From: Octopus sinensis
Taxonomy: Eukaryota
DNA: 64,000 bases
Assembly (NCBI RefSeq): GCF_006345805.1
Contig: NC_043023.1
Span: 3,782,001-3,846,000 of the forward strand
Reading direction: 5' to 3'
Shown here piece by piece: positions 11,389 to 21,895 of the stretch; position 1 is the stretch's first letter, and each line of letters begins with the position of its first letter. The translations under genes and the position numbers were made by a program. The notes below the pieces were generated by a model. That model saw only the letters and a program-made list of their open reading frames with translations. It made no database searches and was not told where the DNA came from.

Positions 11389-11507
11389 TGTCAGAAGTGG
11401 GATTCGAACCCACGCCCACATTAGTGGACCAGAATACTCAACGTTCTGGTTAAGGTACCATATATGCACCTTGAGTCTGGCGCCTTAGACCGCTCGGCCA
11501 TCCTGAC
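11389..11507 (-). tRNA. tRNA-Leu(CAA), intron-containing (35-nt intron 11435-11469)
   Basis: Reverse complement: GTCAGGATGGCCGAGCGGTCTAAGGCGCCAGACTCAAG[intron]TTCTGGTCCACTAATGTGGGCGTGGGTTCGAATCCCACTTCTGACA. A and B boxes, long variable arm and intron after position 37 are intact. A T-run terminator follows. Confidence 0.96.
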
Positions 11508-11568
11508 AGCTACGAAAAAGCGTTGCTGTTTTCAGGTTTAGTTCTATTACGTCTGCTCATACAGTTTC

Positions 11569-11630
11569 CACGCATGCGTGAAATGTTAGTTGCTATGACA
11601 ACAGTAGCAAACGTAACGAGGAAGTCGGCG
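11569..11630. promoter_or_regulatory. Motif cluster: NRF1-like palindrome, RFX X-box, ETS-like site
   Basis: CACGCATGCGTG (11569-11580), GTTGCTATGACAAC (11589-11602, fits GTHNYYATRRNAAC) and GAGGAAGT near 11619, inside unique CpG-rich DNA. Confidence 0.5.
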
Positions 11631-12456
11631 ATGTCGTCGACGAGCGAAATGCGACGGCATTGCCTCACAAAATGAAGGTTTCATACACGGAGAAGTTATT
11701 AATTTTTCGGTGACTTCGTCTGTAATGTGGTCGGATGTGCTAATGGACTTGTGAAATAAATGTTATTTTTATTATTAATGTCGTTTTATGTCTTGGATTC
11801 TCTCTCCCTTTCACTCTGTCTTCGTTTCCGTCCGCCGCCTAACACCACGTGCTGGCGGAAACTTACGAACATTTTCCTCTTCACACACATGCGTACGACG
11901 ATGCATATACACACACATATACATATGTATGGGTGTATGTGTGTGTTTATTTGTGTGTGTGTGTATATATACACACACACACACATATAGATAGGTAGAT
12001 AGTTATACATACCTACATACGCATATATATACATACAGACATATTTATATATATATATATATATAAATATATATATATACATACATATATATTTCTTTAT
12101 TACCCACAAGGGGCTAAACACAGAGGGGACAAACAAGGACAGACAAAGGGATTAAGTCGATTTTATCGACCCCAGTGCGTAACTGGTACTTGATTTATCG
12201 ACCCCGAAAAAAATGAAAGGCAAAGTCGACCTCGGTGGAATTTGAACTCAGAACGTAACGGCAGACGAAATACTGCTGAGCATTTCGCTCGGCACGCTAA
12301 CGTTTCTGCCAGCTCACCGCCTTACATATCTATAGACATAACACCACATCTTTCCCCCCATCCCCACCGGGTTGACTTTGTTTCCTCATAACTTCCAGAA
12401 AAATGGAGATTTATTTTGAATGAAATTTTCTGCAAGTAGGCTCGAGATGGTATATA

Positions 12457-13230
12457 GGAACTTTTCGGTTTGAACGGCAGTTTTATCTAGCGGTATCATA
12501 TAAAATTGTCACCCATAATTATGACCCTAGTATCGATCTATTGCATTTCAATCTGTTTCAGGGTTAGGGGTGGGGAGAGGGTATCTTTTTTTCTTCAAAA
12601 ATGTAAATAAACCTAATCTGTTTCTTAAACAAGGGACATATTCATACGGCACAGAATGTTTTCACCTCAATAGACGTCATTGATTGGTTGAAATTGCAGA
12701 AATTGAAGAAAAACAACAAATATCTTAGAAACTGGCTGTGTGGTAAGTAGCTTGCTAACCAACCACATGGTTCCGGGTTCAGTCCCACTGCGTGGCATCT
12801 TGGGCAAGTGTCTTCTGCTATAGCCCCGGGCCGACCAATGCCTTGTGAGTGGATTTGGTAGACGGAAACTGAAAGAAGCCTGTCGTATATATGTATATAT
12901 ATGTGTGTATGTGTGTGTGTTTGTCCCCCTAGCATTACTTGACAACCGATGCTGGTGTGTTTACGTCCCCGTCACTTAGCGGTTCGGCAAAAGAGACCGA
13001 TAGAATAAGTACTGGGCTTACAAAGAATAAGTCCCGGGGTCGATTTGCTCGACTAAAGGCGGTGCTCCAGCCTGGCCACAGTCAAATGACTGAAACAAGT
13101 AAAAGAGTAAAAGAGTAAAGCCAAGAGAAAAAGATGTTTTATAAACACATTCTACCAGTATACGAAGTTTAAAATTTTTTAGTTACGTGGAAATGATTTT
13201 AAAAAACTGCCGTTCAAACCGAAAAGATCT
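12457..13230. mobile_element. MITE with ~28-bp TIR (GGATCTTTTCGGTTTGAACGGCAGTTTT) and 8-bp TSD, possibly Merlin-type
   Basis: TSD GGTATATA at 12449-12456 and 13231-13238. Contains a family-A SINE. Confidence 0.85.
12733..13115 (+). mobile_element. tRNA-derived SINE (family A, most abundant), nested in a MITE
   Basis: Head GGCTGTGTGGTAAG..GGTTCAGTCCC, CORE-like CCTTGGGCAAGTG, tail GGCGGTGCTCCAGCATGGCC..GACTGAAACAAG(TAAAAGAG)n. Further copies (approximate): 7667-8135+, 20620-21018-, 25060-25478-, 25878-26245-, 27383-28210+, 28560-29145-, 42665-43050-, 45905-46505+, 49705-50090-, 53800-54185-, 57908-58310-, 62515-62870-, 63716-64000+. Confidence 0.9.
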
Positions 13231-13413
13231 GGTATATATTCTGACTATAAAGGAATTTGTTGTGAAAAAATTATTCTGTGGGTTGGCTGAGAAGTTTCAA
13301 TAAATTCGCTTTGGTTCCTCATAACTTTCAGAAAAATTAGAATTTTTTTTTAACAAAATTTTCTACAAATACATTTCAGAGTGTATAAATTACGATTATA
13401 CCATCATTTAATA

Positions 13414-13462
13414 TCGTGCTGATAACGCGAATGTCGTGGGTTCAAGCCCCCTACTGGCCACC
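13414..13462 (+). pseudogene. 5'-truncated tRNA-Ile retrocopy (anticodon reads GAT) ending in A-CC
   Basis: TCGTG-CT-GAT-AA-CGCGA-ATGTC-GTGGG-TTCAAGC-CCCCT-ACTGGCC-A-CC matches positions 27-75 of metazoan tRNA-Ile(AAU) apart from G34 and a few substitutions. Confidence 0.85.
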
Positions 13463-13534
13463 TTGTGGTGCACCTGAGCACTATACAATAATTTCATTAT
13501 TACTATTATCATTATTATTATTATTATTATTATT
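13463..13534 (+). mobile_element. CR1-type LINE 3' tail fused to the tRNA-Ile fragment
   Basis: TTGTGGTGCACCTGAGCACT..ATAC..TAATTTCATTA(TTA)n matches the tail of the CR1 copy at about 6163-6214. Confidence 0.85.
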
Positions 13535-15027
13535 AATATATATAAAAATCAGGTAGTGAGCTTACACACATACATACTGACACACATCCCAATGTTTTGT
13601 GGTATTTAAGTTTCATTTTGTAGATATCTCTGATGCGTGCCTGTATGAATGCGTGTATGCTCACCAATTTTCTTTTTTCGTATTCAATTCTGATATTATC
13701 GTAATCTGCAGACTTTGAAAAGTATTTGTAGAAAATTTCATTTAAAAATACCTATTTTTCTGAAAGTTATGCAGAAACAGAATTGACGTGTGTGAATTTT
13801 CAGAAACTCCTCACTCCATTCTCGGAAAAATGTTTTTCCCAACAAATTCTGAGATAATCGGAATCTAAAGCATATTTATTGAAAATTTCATGAAAAATAT
13901 CTATTTTTCTGGAAGTTATGAGGCAACAAGATCCAGGGAGGCACAAGTAACTTAGCAGTTTGGCAAAAGGGACCAATTGAATAAGTACTAGGCTTACAAA
14001 GAATAAATCCTCGACTAAAGGCGGTACTCCAGCATGGCCACAGACAAATGACTGAAACAAGTAAAAGAGTAAAGAGTATATATATATACTCTTTTACTTG
14101 TTTCAGTCATTATATATATAATCACCCGGCAGGACACGTGAGGCCATAACCCATGGCCCCTACCTGGGACGTAGTCAGTCCACCTGTGCATACCTTCCTT
14201 CTTGGGACACTTGTGAAGACCTGTTGAGGCAAGTGAAAATCAAACCAAATCAAAATAGATGAACATCAATGGAATTTGTATTTTGTGGTACCAGTGCCGG
14301 TGGCACATAAGAAGACCATCCGAACGTGGCCGTAGCCTTATTTACTGGCCTCCGTGCTGTGAGCACGTAACAAACACCATCCAATCATGGCCGTGCCAGT
14401 CCCGCCTGGCCTCCGTCTCGGTGGCACATAAAAAAACACCATCCGAGCGTGGCCGTTTGCCAGCCTCGTTTGGCACCTGTGTAGGTGGCACATAAAAAGC
14501 ACCCACTACACTCTTGGAGTGGTTGGCGTTAGGAAGGGCATCCAGCTGTAGAAACACTGCCAGATCAGGCTGGTGCCTGGTGCAATTTTCTGGCTTCCCA
14601 GACCCCAGTTGAACCGTCCAACCCATGCTAGCATGGAAAGTGGACATTAAACGATGATGATGATGACTATGGGATTACACCTAGAAAGTTCCCCTCTTCG
14701 GCACAAGTCCAGGCAAGTTTACGCAAGACCAGCATTTGCCCATGCAGACCAGCCTTCTCTCTCCATGTCACTGATGTGATCCAGAGGAAAGGCAAAGGCT
14801 GATACACCTTGGCACCAGTGATGTCGCAACTCATTTCTACAGCTGAGTGAACTCAGGGCAACGTGAGATAAAGTGTCTTGCTTAAGGATATATTACACAG
14901 CCTGGTGTAGGAATCAAACCCACTTCCTCACGATTTTGAGCCCAACGCTCTAAACCACTGAGCTATGCACCCTCACACATATGCACATATGTATGTGTGT
15001 GTGTGTATATGTGTATATATACTTTTT

Positions 15028-15440
15028 GGATCTTTTCAGTTTGAATGGCAGTTTTTTCTAGCAGTGTCATATGAAATTGTCACCCTTAATTATGGCCCTA
15101 GAATCGATCTATTGCATTTCAATCCCTTTTAAGGTTAGGGTTAGGATTAGGGGGTGGGGGAAGGGTATCTTTTTTTCTTCACAAATGTAAATAAACCCAA
15201 TCTGTTTCTTAAACGAGGGACATATTCATACAGAACGGAATGATTTTTACCTCAATGGACATCATTGATTGGTTGAAATTGAAGAAAAAAACAACAAATA
15301 TCTTACAAACCATAGAATTTTCTCAAGAAAATCAAGAGAAAAAGATGTTTTATAAACACATTCTACCAGTATACGAAGTTTAAAAGTGTTTAGTTACCTA
15401 GAAATTATGTTAAAAACTGCCGTTCAAACAGAAAAGATCC
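15028..15440. mobile_element. Same GGATC MITE, uninterrupted monomer (413 bp)
   Basis: TIRs at both ends; TSD TACTTTTT / TACTTTTC. Other partial copies at 21188-21528, 22906-23312 and 48443-48503. Confidence 0.85.
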
Positions 15441-15753
15441 TACTTTTCTACTCTAGGCACATGGCCCAAAATTTTAGAGGCAGTGGGCAGTATGTTAGAT
15501 CGACCCTAGTACGCAACTGGTACTTAAATTACCGACCCCAAAAAGATAAAAAGTAAAATGGACCTCAGCAGAATTTGAACACAGAATGTAGCAGCAGATG
15601 AAAAACCTATTTCTTTACTGCCCACAAGGTGCTAAACACAGAGAGGACAAACAAGGACAGACAAAGGGATTAAGTCGATTACATCGACCCCAGTGCGAAT
15701 TGGAACTTTTGAAAAGTAAAAATTTTGCATTATGTAGCTTGTTATTCTCTTAA

Positions 15754-15974
15754 CCCTTTAGTGTTCGCACTATTCTACCAAAATTAATGCTTCTTCATCC
15801 ACATTGTTTTGAACTAATCATGCATTATCTTGTAGCTATGAGATTTTGATGAGGTAGGTGTTAACTTTTAAAACGATATTGTTGGGTTGGTGTGAGAGAC
15901 CAGATCTGGCCAGTTTGAACATAAAACAGGCAGAATACTTTTGGCTGGATATGGCCGGTTTAAATGCTAAAGGG
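15754..15974. mobile_element. piggyBac-type MITE (TTAA TSD) inserted in a Helitron; second copy at 43058-43267
   Basis: TTAA|CCCTTTAG...CTAAAGGG|TTAA. Other Helitron copies show the empty site TTCTCTTTAAGTGAAC. Confidence 0.8.
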
Positions 15975-16799
15975 TTAAAGTAAACATTTTTCTGGTTGAA
16001 ATACACTGAAAAATGGTGACACAGCAGTAAAAAAATCGTAAAAAATAGGGATTTTCATAGAAAAAAAGCACTGTTTTGATGTAAATAATTTATGGTGTTA
16101 ACATGCTATCATACTCTCGATTTTGGTCAACTTGTGCCACAGGGTCTCGGAGGAGATGGTGTTAGTTGAAGGCTACCAAACCTGCCATACACAGACAACT
16201 TCAGCTTTATATAGAGAGAGATTTAAGAAAATGCTATTATTAATCCTTACATGATAATTTATAATTTTTTAATTGGTACTTATAAGATATCATTTTTTAT
16301 TTTTATAATTTATTTTTATAAAGTTTCCTAATACATACAAAGATCATGAGAGTGGAGCTATTTGAGAGAAATAGAAACCAAGTAATCTCTCAAAAAATTT
16401 TAATAATATTATCTATTTTTATCAGGTCTTAATATTAATTAAGGAGATTTAGAAGATCTTTTGAAGAGGTGATTCCCAGTAAATAAGGCATTAATTGACT
16501 CACATACAAAAATCCTGAAATTACAATGGAAGGGAGGTAACCAGAAATGCAAATACAAAATGAAAATATAGAGAAATAGAATTATTTTTTTTGGAAATCT
16601 TATATTGGGTTGTCTGGAAAGTTCTTGCCGATTTTTAAAAGAAAGAAAAAGGTCAATAAATACTTGCCATTACATTTTTAATCAACCAAATATGAACCAT
16701 TTTGTTGCACAATGCGTCTCCATCTTTCCTTTGACTTGAAAATACCCTCTTCCCAGAATTGAGGTGGTTTCATGGCAAAGAATTCATCAAAGGGGCATC

Positions 16800-17030
16800 C
16801 TGTCTTGAATTCCTCCGTTATTGCCTGGAGGACTATGATAAATAGGAGGGGGTTGAGGACTGAACCTTGGTGGACCCTTACCTCTACCCAGAATTCTTTA
16901 CTGTACTCGTTGCCAACCCTCACCTTACTAGCAGCGTCCCTGTACATGGCTCGCACAGCTCTCACTAACCATTCATCTATCCCTAGTTTCTTCATTGACT
17001 ACCAGATAAGGGATCGGGGGACCCTGTCAG
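16800..17030 (-). mobile_element. RTE-clade reverse transcriptase fragment
   Basis: LGIDEWLVRAVRAMY..A.SKVRV...S.EF.V.V.VHQGSVL.PLLF (RT QG motif). Confidence 0.85.
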
Positions 17031-17950
17031 AGGTTTTTTCCATGTGTATAATTATATATGTGAGTGTGTGTGTTTATATATATGTTATACATACACATCC
17101 ATGCCTACCTGTATACATATATATACGTGTATATACATATATACATGCATGCATGCATGCATACATGCATACATACATGCATACATACATATGCGTACAC
17201 ATCCACACTTGTAACGTTTACTTGTTTTAGTCACTGGACCATGGCCATACTGGAGCATCACCTTGAAGGGTTTTATTTGAATAAATCGACACCAGCACTT
17301 ACCTTACTCTCAAAGCCAGGTCCTTTTTCTATCAGCCACTTTTGCCAAACTGCTAAGTTACAGGGACATAATCACACCAACACCATTTGTGGGGGAGTGG
17401 AACAGACCTAAACACATAGACACACACACAATTACATTTATACACACACAAACCTGTGTGTGTATATATATATCATCATCATTGTTTAACGTTCGTTTTC
17501 TGCGCTAGCATGGGTTGGACAGTTCAACCGGGGTCTGGGAAGCCAGGAGGCTGCACCAGGCTCCAGTCTGATCTGGCAGTGTTTCTACAGCTGGATGCCC
17601 TTCCTAATGCCAACCACTCCGTGAGTGTAGTGGGTGCTTTTTACGTGCCACCGGCACAGGTGCCAGGGGAGTCTGGCTGCGGTCATGTTCAGATGGTGCT
17701 TTTTATGTGCCACTGGCACAGAAGCCAGTCAAGGCGGTGCTGACATCGGCCACGTTTGGATGGTGCTTTTTACGTGCCACCGGCACAGAAGCCAGTCTAG
17801 GCGGTGCTGGCATCAGTCATGTTCGGATGGTGCTTTTTACATGCCACCGGCACAGGTATCACAACTACTATTTCCATTTGATATTTATTTCGATGTTCAT
17901 GTACTTGACTCGATAGGTCTCCTCAAGTACAGCAGGTTGTTCTGAAATCC

Positions 17951-17984
<34 letters not shown>

Positions 17985-17987
<3 letters not shown>

Positions 17988-19958
17988 TACACACATAAGC
18001 TTACACACATCAAGCAAAACAAAATCACAGTTCTGGCAGATACCGGTGCCATGCAAATTGGCATGTAAAAGCACCCCAGTGTCATGCAAATGGTACCCGT
18101 GCCAGTGGCATGTAAAAGCACCCTTTACACTCTCGGAATGGTTGGCATTAGGAAGGGCATCCAGCCATAGAAAACATGCCAAATGAGACAGGAGTTTGGT
18201 GCAGCCTTCCAGTGTACCAGCCCCGTAAAACTGTCCAACCCATGTCAGCATAGACAACGGAAGTGAAAACATTTCCTTTTCCTTTTTCTCTATTCTTTTT
18301 GGTTTTGCAAATTACATGGCAACCTCACTAGTGCTGGTGCCACATAAATAGCTCCTAGTACACTCAGTAAAGTGGATGGCATTAGGAAGGGGATCCAGTC
18401 ATGGAAGCCTTACTAAACTTGTCTATGGAGCTTGCCACAGCCCTCCAGCTTGCCAGTTCCGAAGTCTTTTCGTGTTTGTATGTGATATCGTATCTATATG
18501 TTTGGGAATTTATGGAAAAAAAATTCTCTCTTAAATTATTTTTTCATTTGTTGCGTTAAAGGCGGTGCTCCAGCATGGCCGTAGTCAAATGACTGAAACT
18601 AGTAAAAGAGTAAAAGAGTAAAGAGTTACCGACATTGTCTTTGATATCTGCACAAGTGAGCTGAATAGTAAAACACACACACACACACATACGCATACAC
18701 ACACACATACACACACGCAGATACACACACACATACACACACACATATACACACACACATATACACACACATACACACACACATACACACACACACACAC
18801 ACACACAACACATACACACACACACACATACACACACACATACACACACGCAGATACACACACACAACACATACACACACACACATACACACACACAACA
18901 CATACACACACACACACATACACACACACAACACACACACACACAACACATACCACACACACACACATACACACATAAGCTTACACACATCAAGCAAAAC
19001 AAAATCACAGTTCTGGCAGATACCGGTGCCATGCAAATTGGCATGTAAAAGCACCCGAGTGTCATGCAAATGGTACCCGTGCCAGTGACATGTAAAAGCA
19101 CCCTTTACACTCTCGGAATGGTTGGCATTAGGAAGGGCATCCAGCCATAGAAAACATGCCAAATGAGACAGGAGTTTGGTGCAGCCTTCCAGTGTGCCAG
19201 CCCGGTCAAACTGTCCAACCCATGTCAGCATAGACAACAGAAGTGAGAACATTTCCTTTTCCTTTTTCTCTCTTCATTTTGGTCTTGCAAATTACATGGC
19301 AACCTCACTAGTGCTGGTGCCACAAAAATAACTCCTAGTACACTCAGTAAAGTGGATGGCATTAGGAAGGGGATCCAGTCATGGAAGCCTTACTAAACTT
19401 GTCTATGGAGCTTGCCACAGCCCTCCAGCTTGCCAGTTCCGAAGTCTTTTAGTGTTTGTATGTGATATCACATCTATATGTTTGGGAATTTATGGAAAAA
19501 AAATTCTCTCTTAAATTATTTTTTCATTTGTTGCGATAAAGGCGGTGCTCCAGCATGGCCGTAGTCAAATGACTGAAACTAGTAAAAGAGTAAAAGAGTA
19601 AAGAGTTACCGACATTGTCTTTGATATCTGCACAAGTGAGCTGAATAGTAAAACACACACACACACACACATACGCATACACACACACATAACACACGCA
19701 GATACACACACACATACACACACACATATACACACACACATATACACACACACATACACCACACACACACACACACACACCACACACACACAACATACAC
19801 ACACACACACACACATACACACACACATACACCACACACATACACACCACACACACATACACACACACACATACACAACACACAACACATACACCACACA
19901 CACAACACATACACACACACAACACATACACACACACAACACACACACATCACACACA

Positions 19959-19991
<33 letters not shown>

Positions 19992-20345
19992 CACTACACA
20001 CACACACACACATACACACACACAACACATACACACACACACATACACACACACACACATACACACACACATACACACACACAACACATACACACACACA
20101 CACATACACACACACACACATACACACACAACACATACACACACACAACACATACACACACACAACACATACACACACACACACACACATAACACACACA
20201 ACACATACACACACACACACACACATACACACACACACAACACATACACACACACACACATACACACACACAACACATACACACACACACATGCACACAC
20301 ACAACACATACACACACACAACACACACACATGCACACACATGTC
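17985..20345. repeat. ~980-bp tandem duplication bounded by compound (CA)n microsatellites
   Basis: Unit anchors TAAGCTTACACACATCAAGC at 17996 and 18976; a few SNPs distinguish the copies. Confidence 0.92.
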
Positions 20346-21539
20346 TAAATACACGCACATAATCCTTTTTGTATTTTTGTGGGAATCTTTCAGGTAACAA
20401 GAAAAGCAAGCGTAAATAAATTTATGAAAACAAATTCGTAGATCATAAGATAAAAATACAGGGACAGAAACAAATCATAAATGCATAAAAAACAGGATGT
20501 ATGTATGTATGTATGTGCGTATATGTATGTACATGTGTATGTGTGTGTATGAGAGAGAGAGAGAGAGAGAGAGAGCATGTGTGTTTGTGTATGTATGTGT
20601 TTGCGTGTGCGTGTGTCTTCTTTTACTCTTTTACTTGTTTCAGTCATTTGACTGCGGCCATGCTGGAGCACCGCCTTTAGTCGAGCAAATCGACACCGGG
20701 ACTTATTCTTTGTAAGCCCAGTACTTATTCTATCGGTCTCTTTTGCCGAACCGCTAAGTGACGGAGACGTAAGCACACCAGCATCGGTTGTCAAGCAATG
20801 CTAGGGGGACAAACACAGACACACAAACACACACGCATACATATATATATATACATATATACGACAGGCTTCTTTCAGTTTCCGTCTACCAAATCCACTC
20901 ACAAGGCATTGGTCGGCCCGGGGCTATAGCAGAAGACACTTGCCCAAGATGCCACGCAGTGGGACTGAACCCGGAACCATGTGGTTGGTTAGCAAGCTAC
21001 TTACCACACAGCCACTCCCGCGCTCTGTTTATTTTTCTGTTGCAGATCAAAAGCAATGTTGACAACCCACACACACACACACAAATTAATGACAAAACGT
21101 TTTCCGTAAATTGCCGAACATAGAAATATGACTCCATGTATTTTATTTTTAGGTTAAAAATTTCATTCGAAATATGAACATGAAACGGATCTTTTCGGTT
21201 TGAACGGCAGTTTTTTCTAGCGGTGTCATATGAAATTGTCACCCATAATTATGACCCTAGAATCGATCGATCGATCTATTGCATTTCAATCTGTTTTAGG
21301 GTTAGGGGTGGGGGGAAGGGTATATTTTTTTTCTTCAGAAATGTAAATAAACCCAATCTGTTACTTAAACGAGGGACATATTCATACGGCACAGAATGTT
21401 TTTTTTACCTCAATAGACGTCATTGATTGGTTGAAATTGCAGAAACTGAAGAAAAAAAACCAACAAATTATGGGTGACAATTTCATATGACTCCGCAAGA
21501 AAAAACTGCCGTTCAAACCGAAAAGATCCCCAACTTCTA

Positions 21540-21812
21540 AAACAGGTTACAGGAAATGGCACAGTAATCCCAAATTTCTGGAATTTGGATAAGAGATCTG
21601 GCACTGTACCAAAATGCGAGGGACATATGACCGCTATTTCTAGCAGACCTGTGACAACCGCTCAAAGAAACCCTTCTCGTCTGTATCGCTGATATAAGTT
21701 ATCTGCCCTTGATGCGGCATGGATTATCTACCTTCGACTAAGAAACGTTTTCCTTGTTCGCCACTAGAGTGCAGCTTGACTGATCTTCCATCCCAGACCG
21801 AAAACAGTAGCA
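21540..21812 (+). promoter_or_regulatory. Probable COPS4 promoter / 5' UTR
   Basis: Unique, relatively CpG-rich sequence directly upstream of the ATG. Contains a near-CTCF motif GCCACTAGAGTGCAG (21760-21774; one mismatch to the core). The TSS cannot be determined. Confidence 0.5.
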
Positions 21813-21895
21813 ATGGCTCATTCGGTGAGACAGCAATTAAACCAGTTGGCCAGCATGTCCCATTCGGGGACTTCTCATAAGGATGTCACCGAAAG
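21813..21895 (+). CDS. COPS4: COPS4 coding exon 1 (83 nt)
   Basis: ATG GCT CAT TCG GTG AGA CAG = [27 protein letters not shown](R), resembling the CSN4 N-terminus (VRQ..L..SHKD). Donor AG|GTAATT, phase 2, fits exon 2. Confidence 0.93.

Larger units (their letters stand above)
12378..13929. mobile_element. Foldback-like element built of ~100-bp subrepeats in inverted arms
   Basis: Left end TTGTTTCCTCATAACTTCCAGAAAAAT..GAAATTTTC is the reverse complement of right end GAAAATTTC..TTTTTCTGGAAGTTATGAGGCAACAA. Inner subrepeats at about 13315-13400 (+) and 13695-13790 (-). Confidence 0.65.

Noticed and set aside
13055-13115. SINE A tail hairpin AGTC-AAAT-GACT-GAAAC-AA-GTA as a hammerhead or HDV ribozyme
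   Set aside because: No CUGANGA box or HDV pseudoknot. It is better explained as a LINE-derived 3' recognition stem-loop.
13414-13460. Functional tRNA-Ile(GAT) gene
   Set aside because: The 5' acceptor strand, D-arm and A box are missing.
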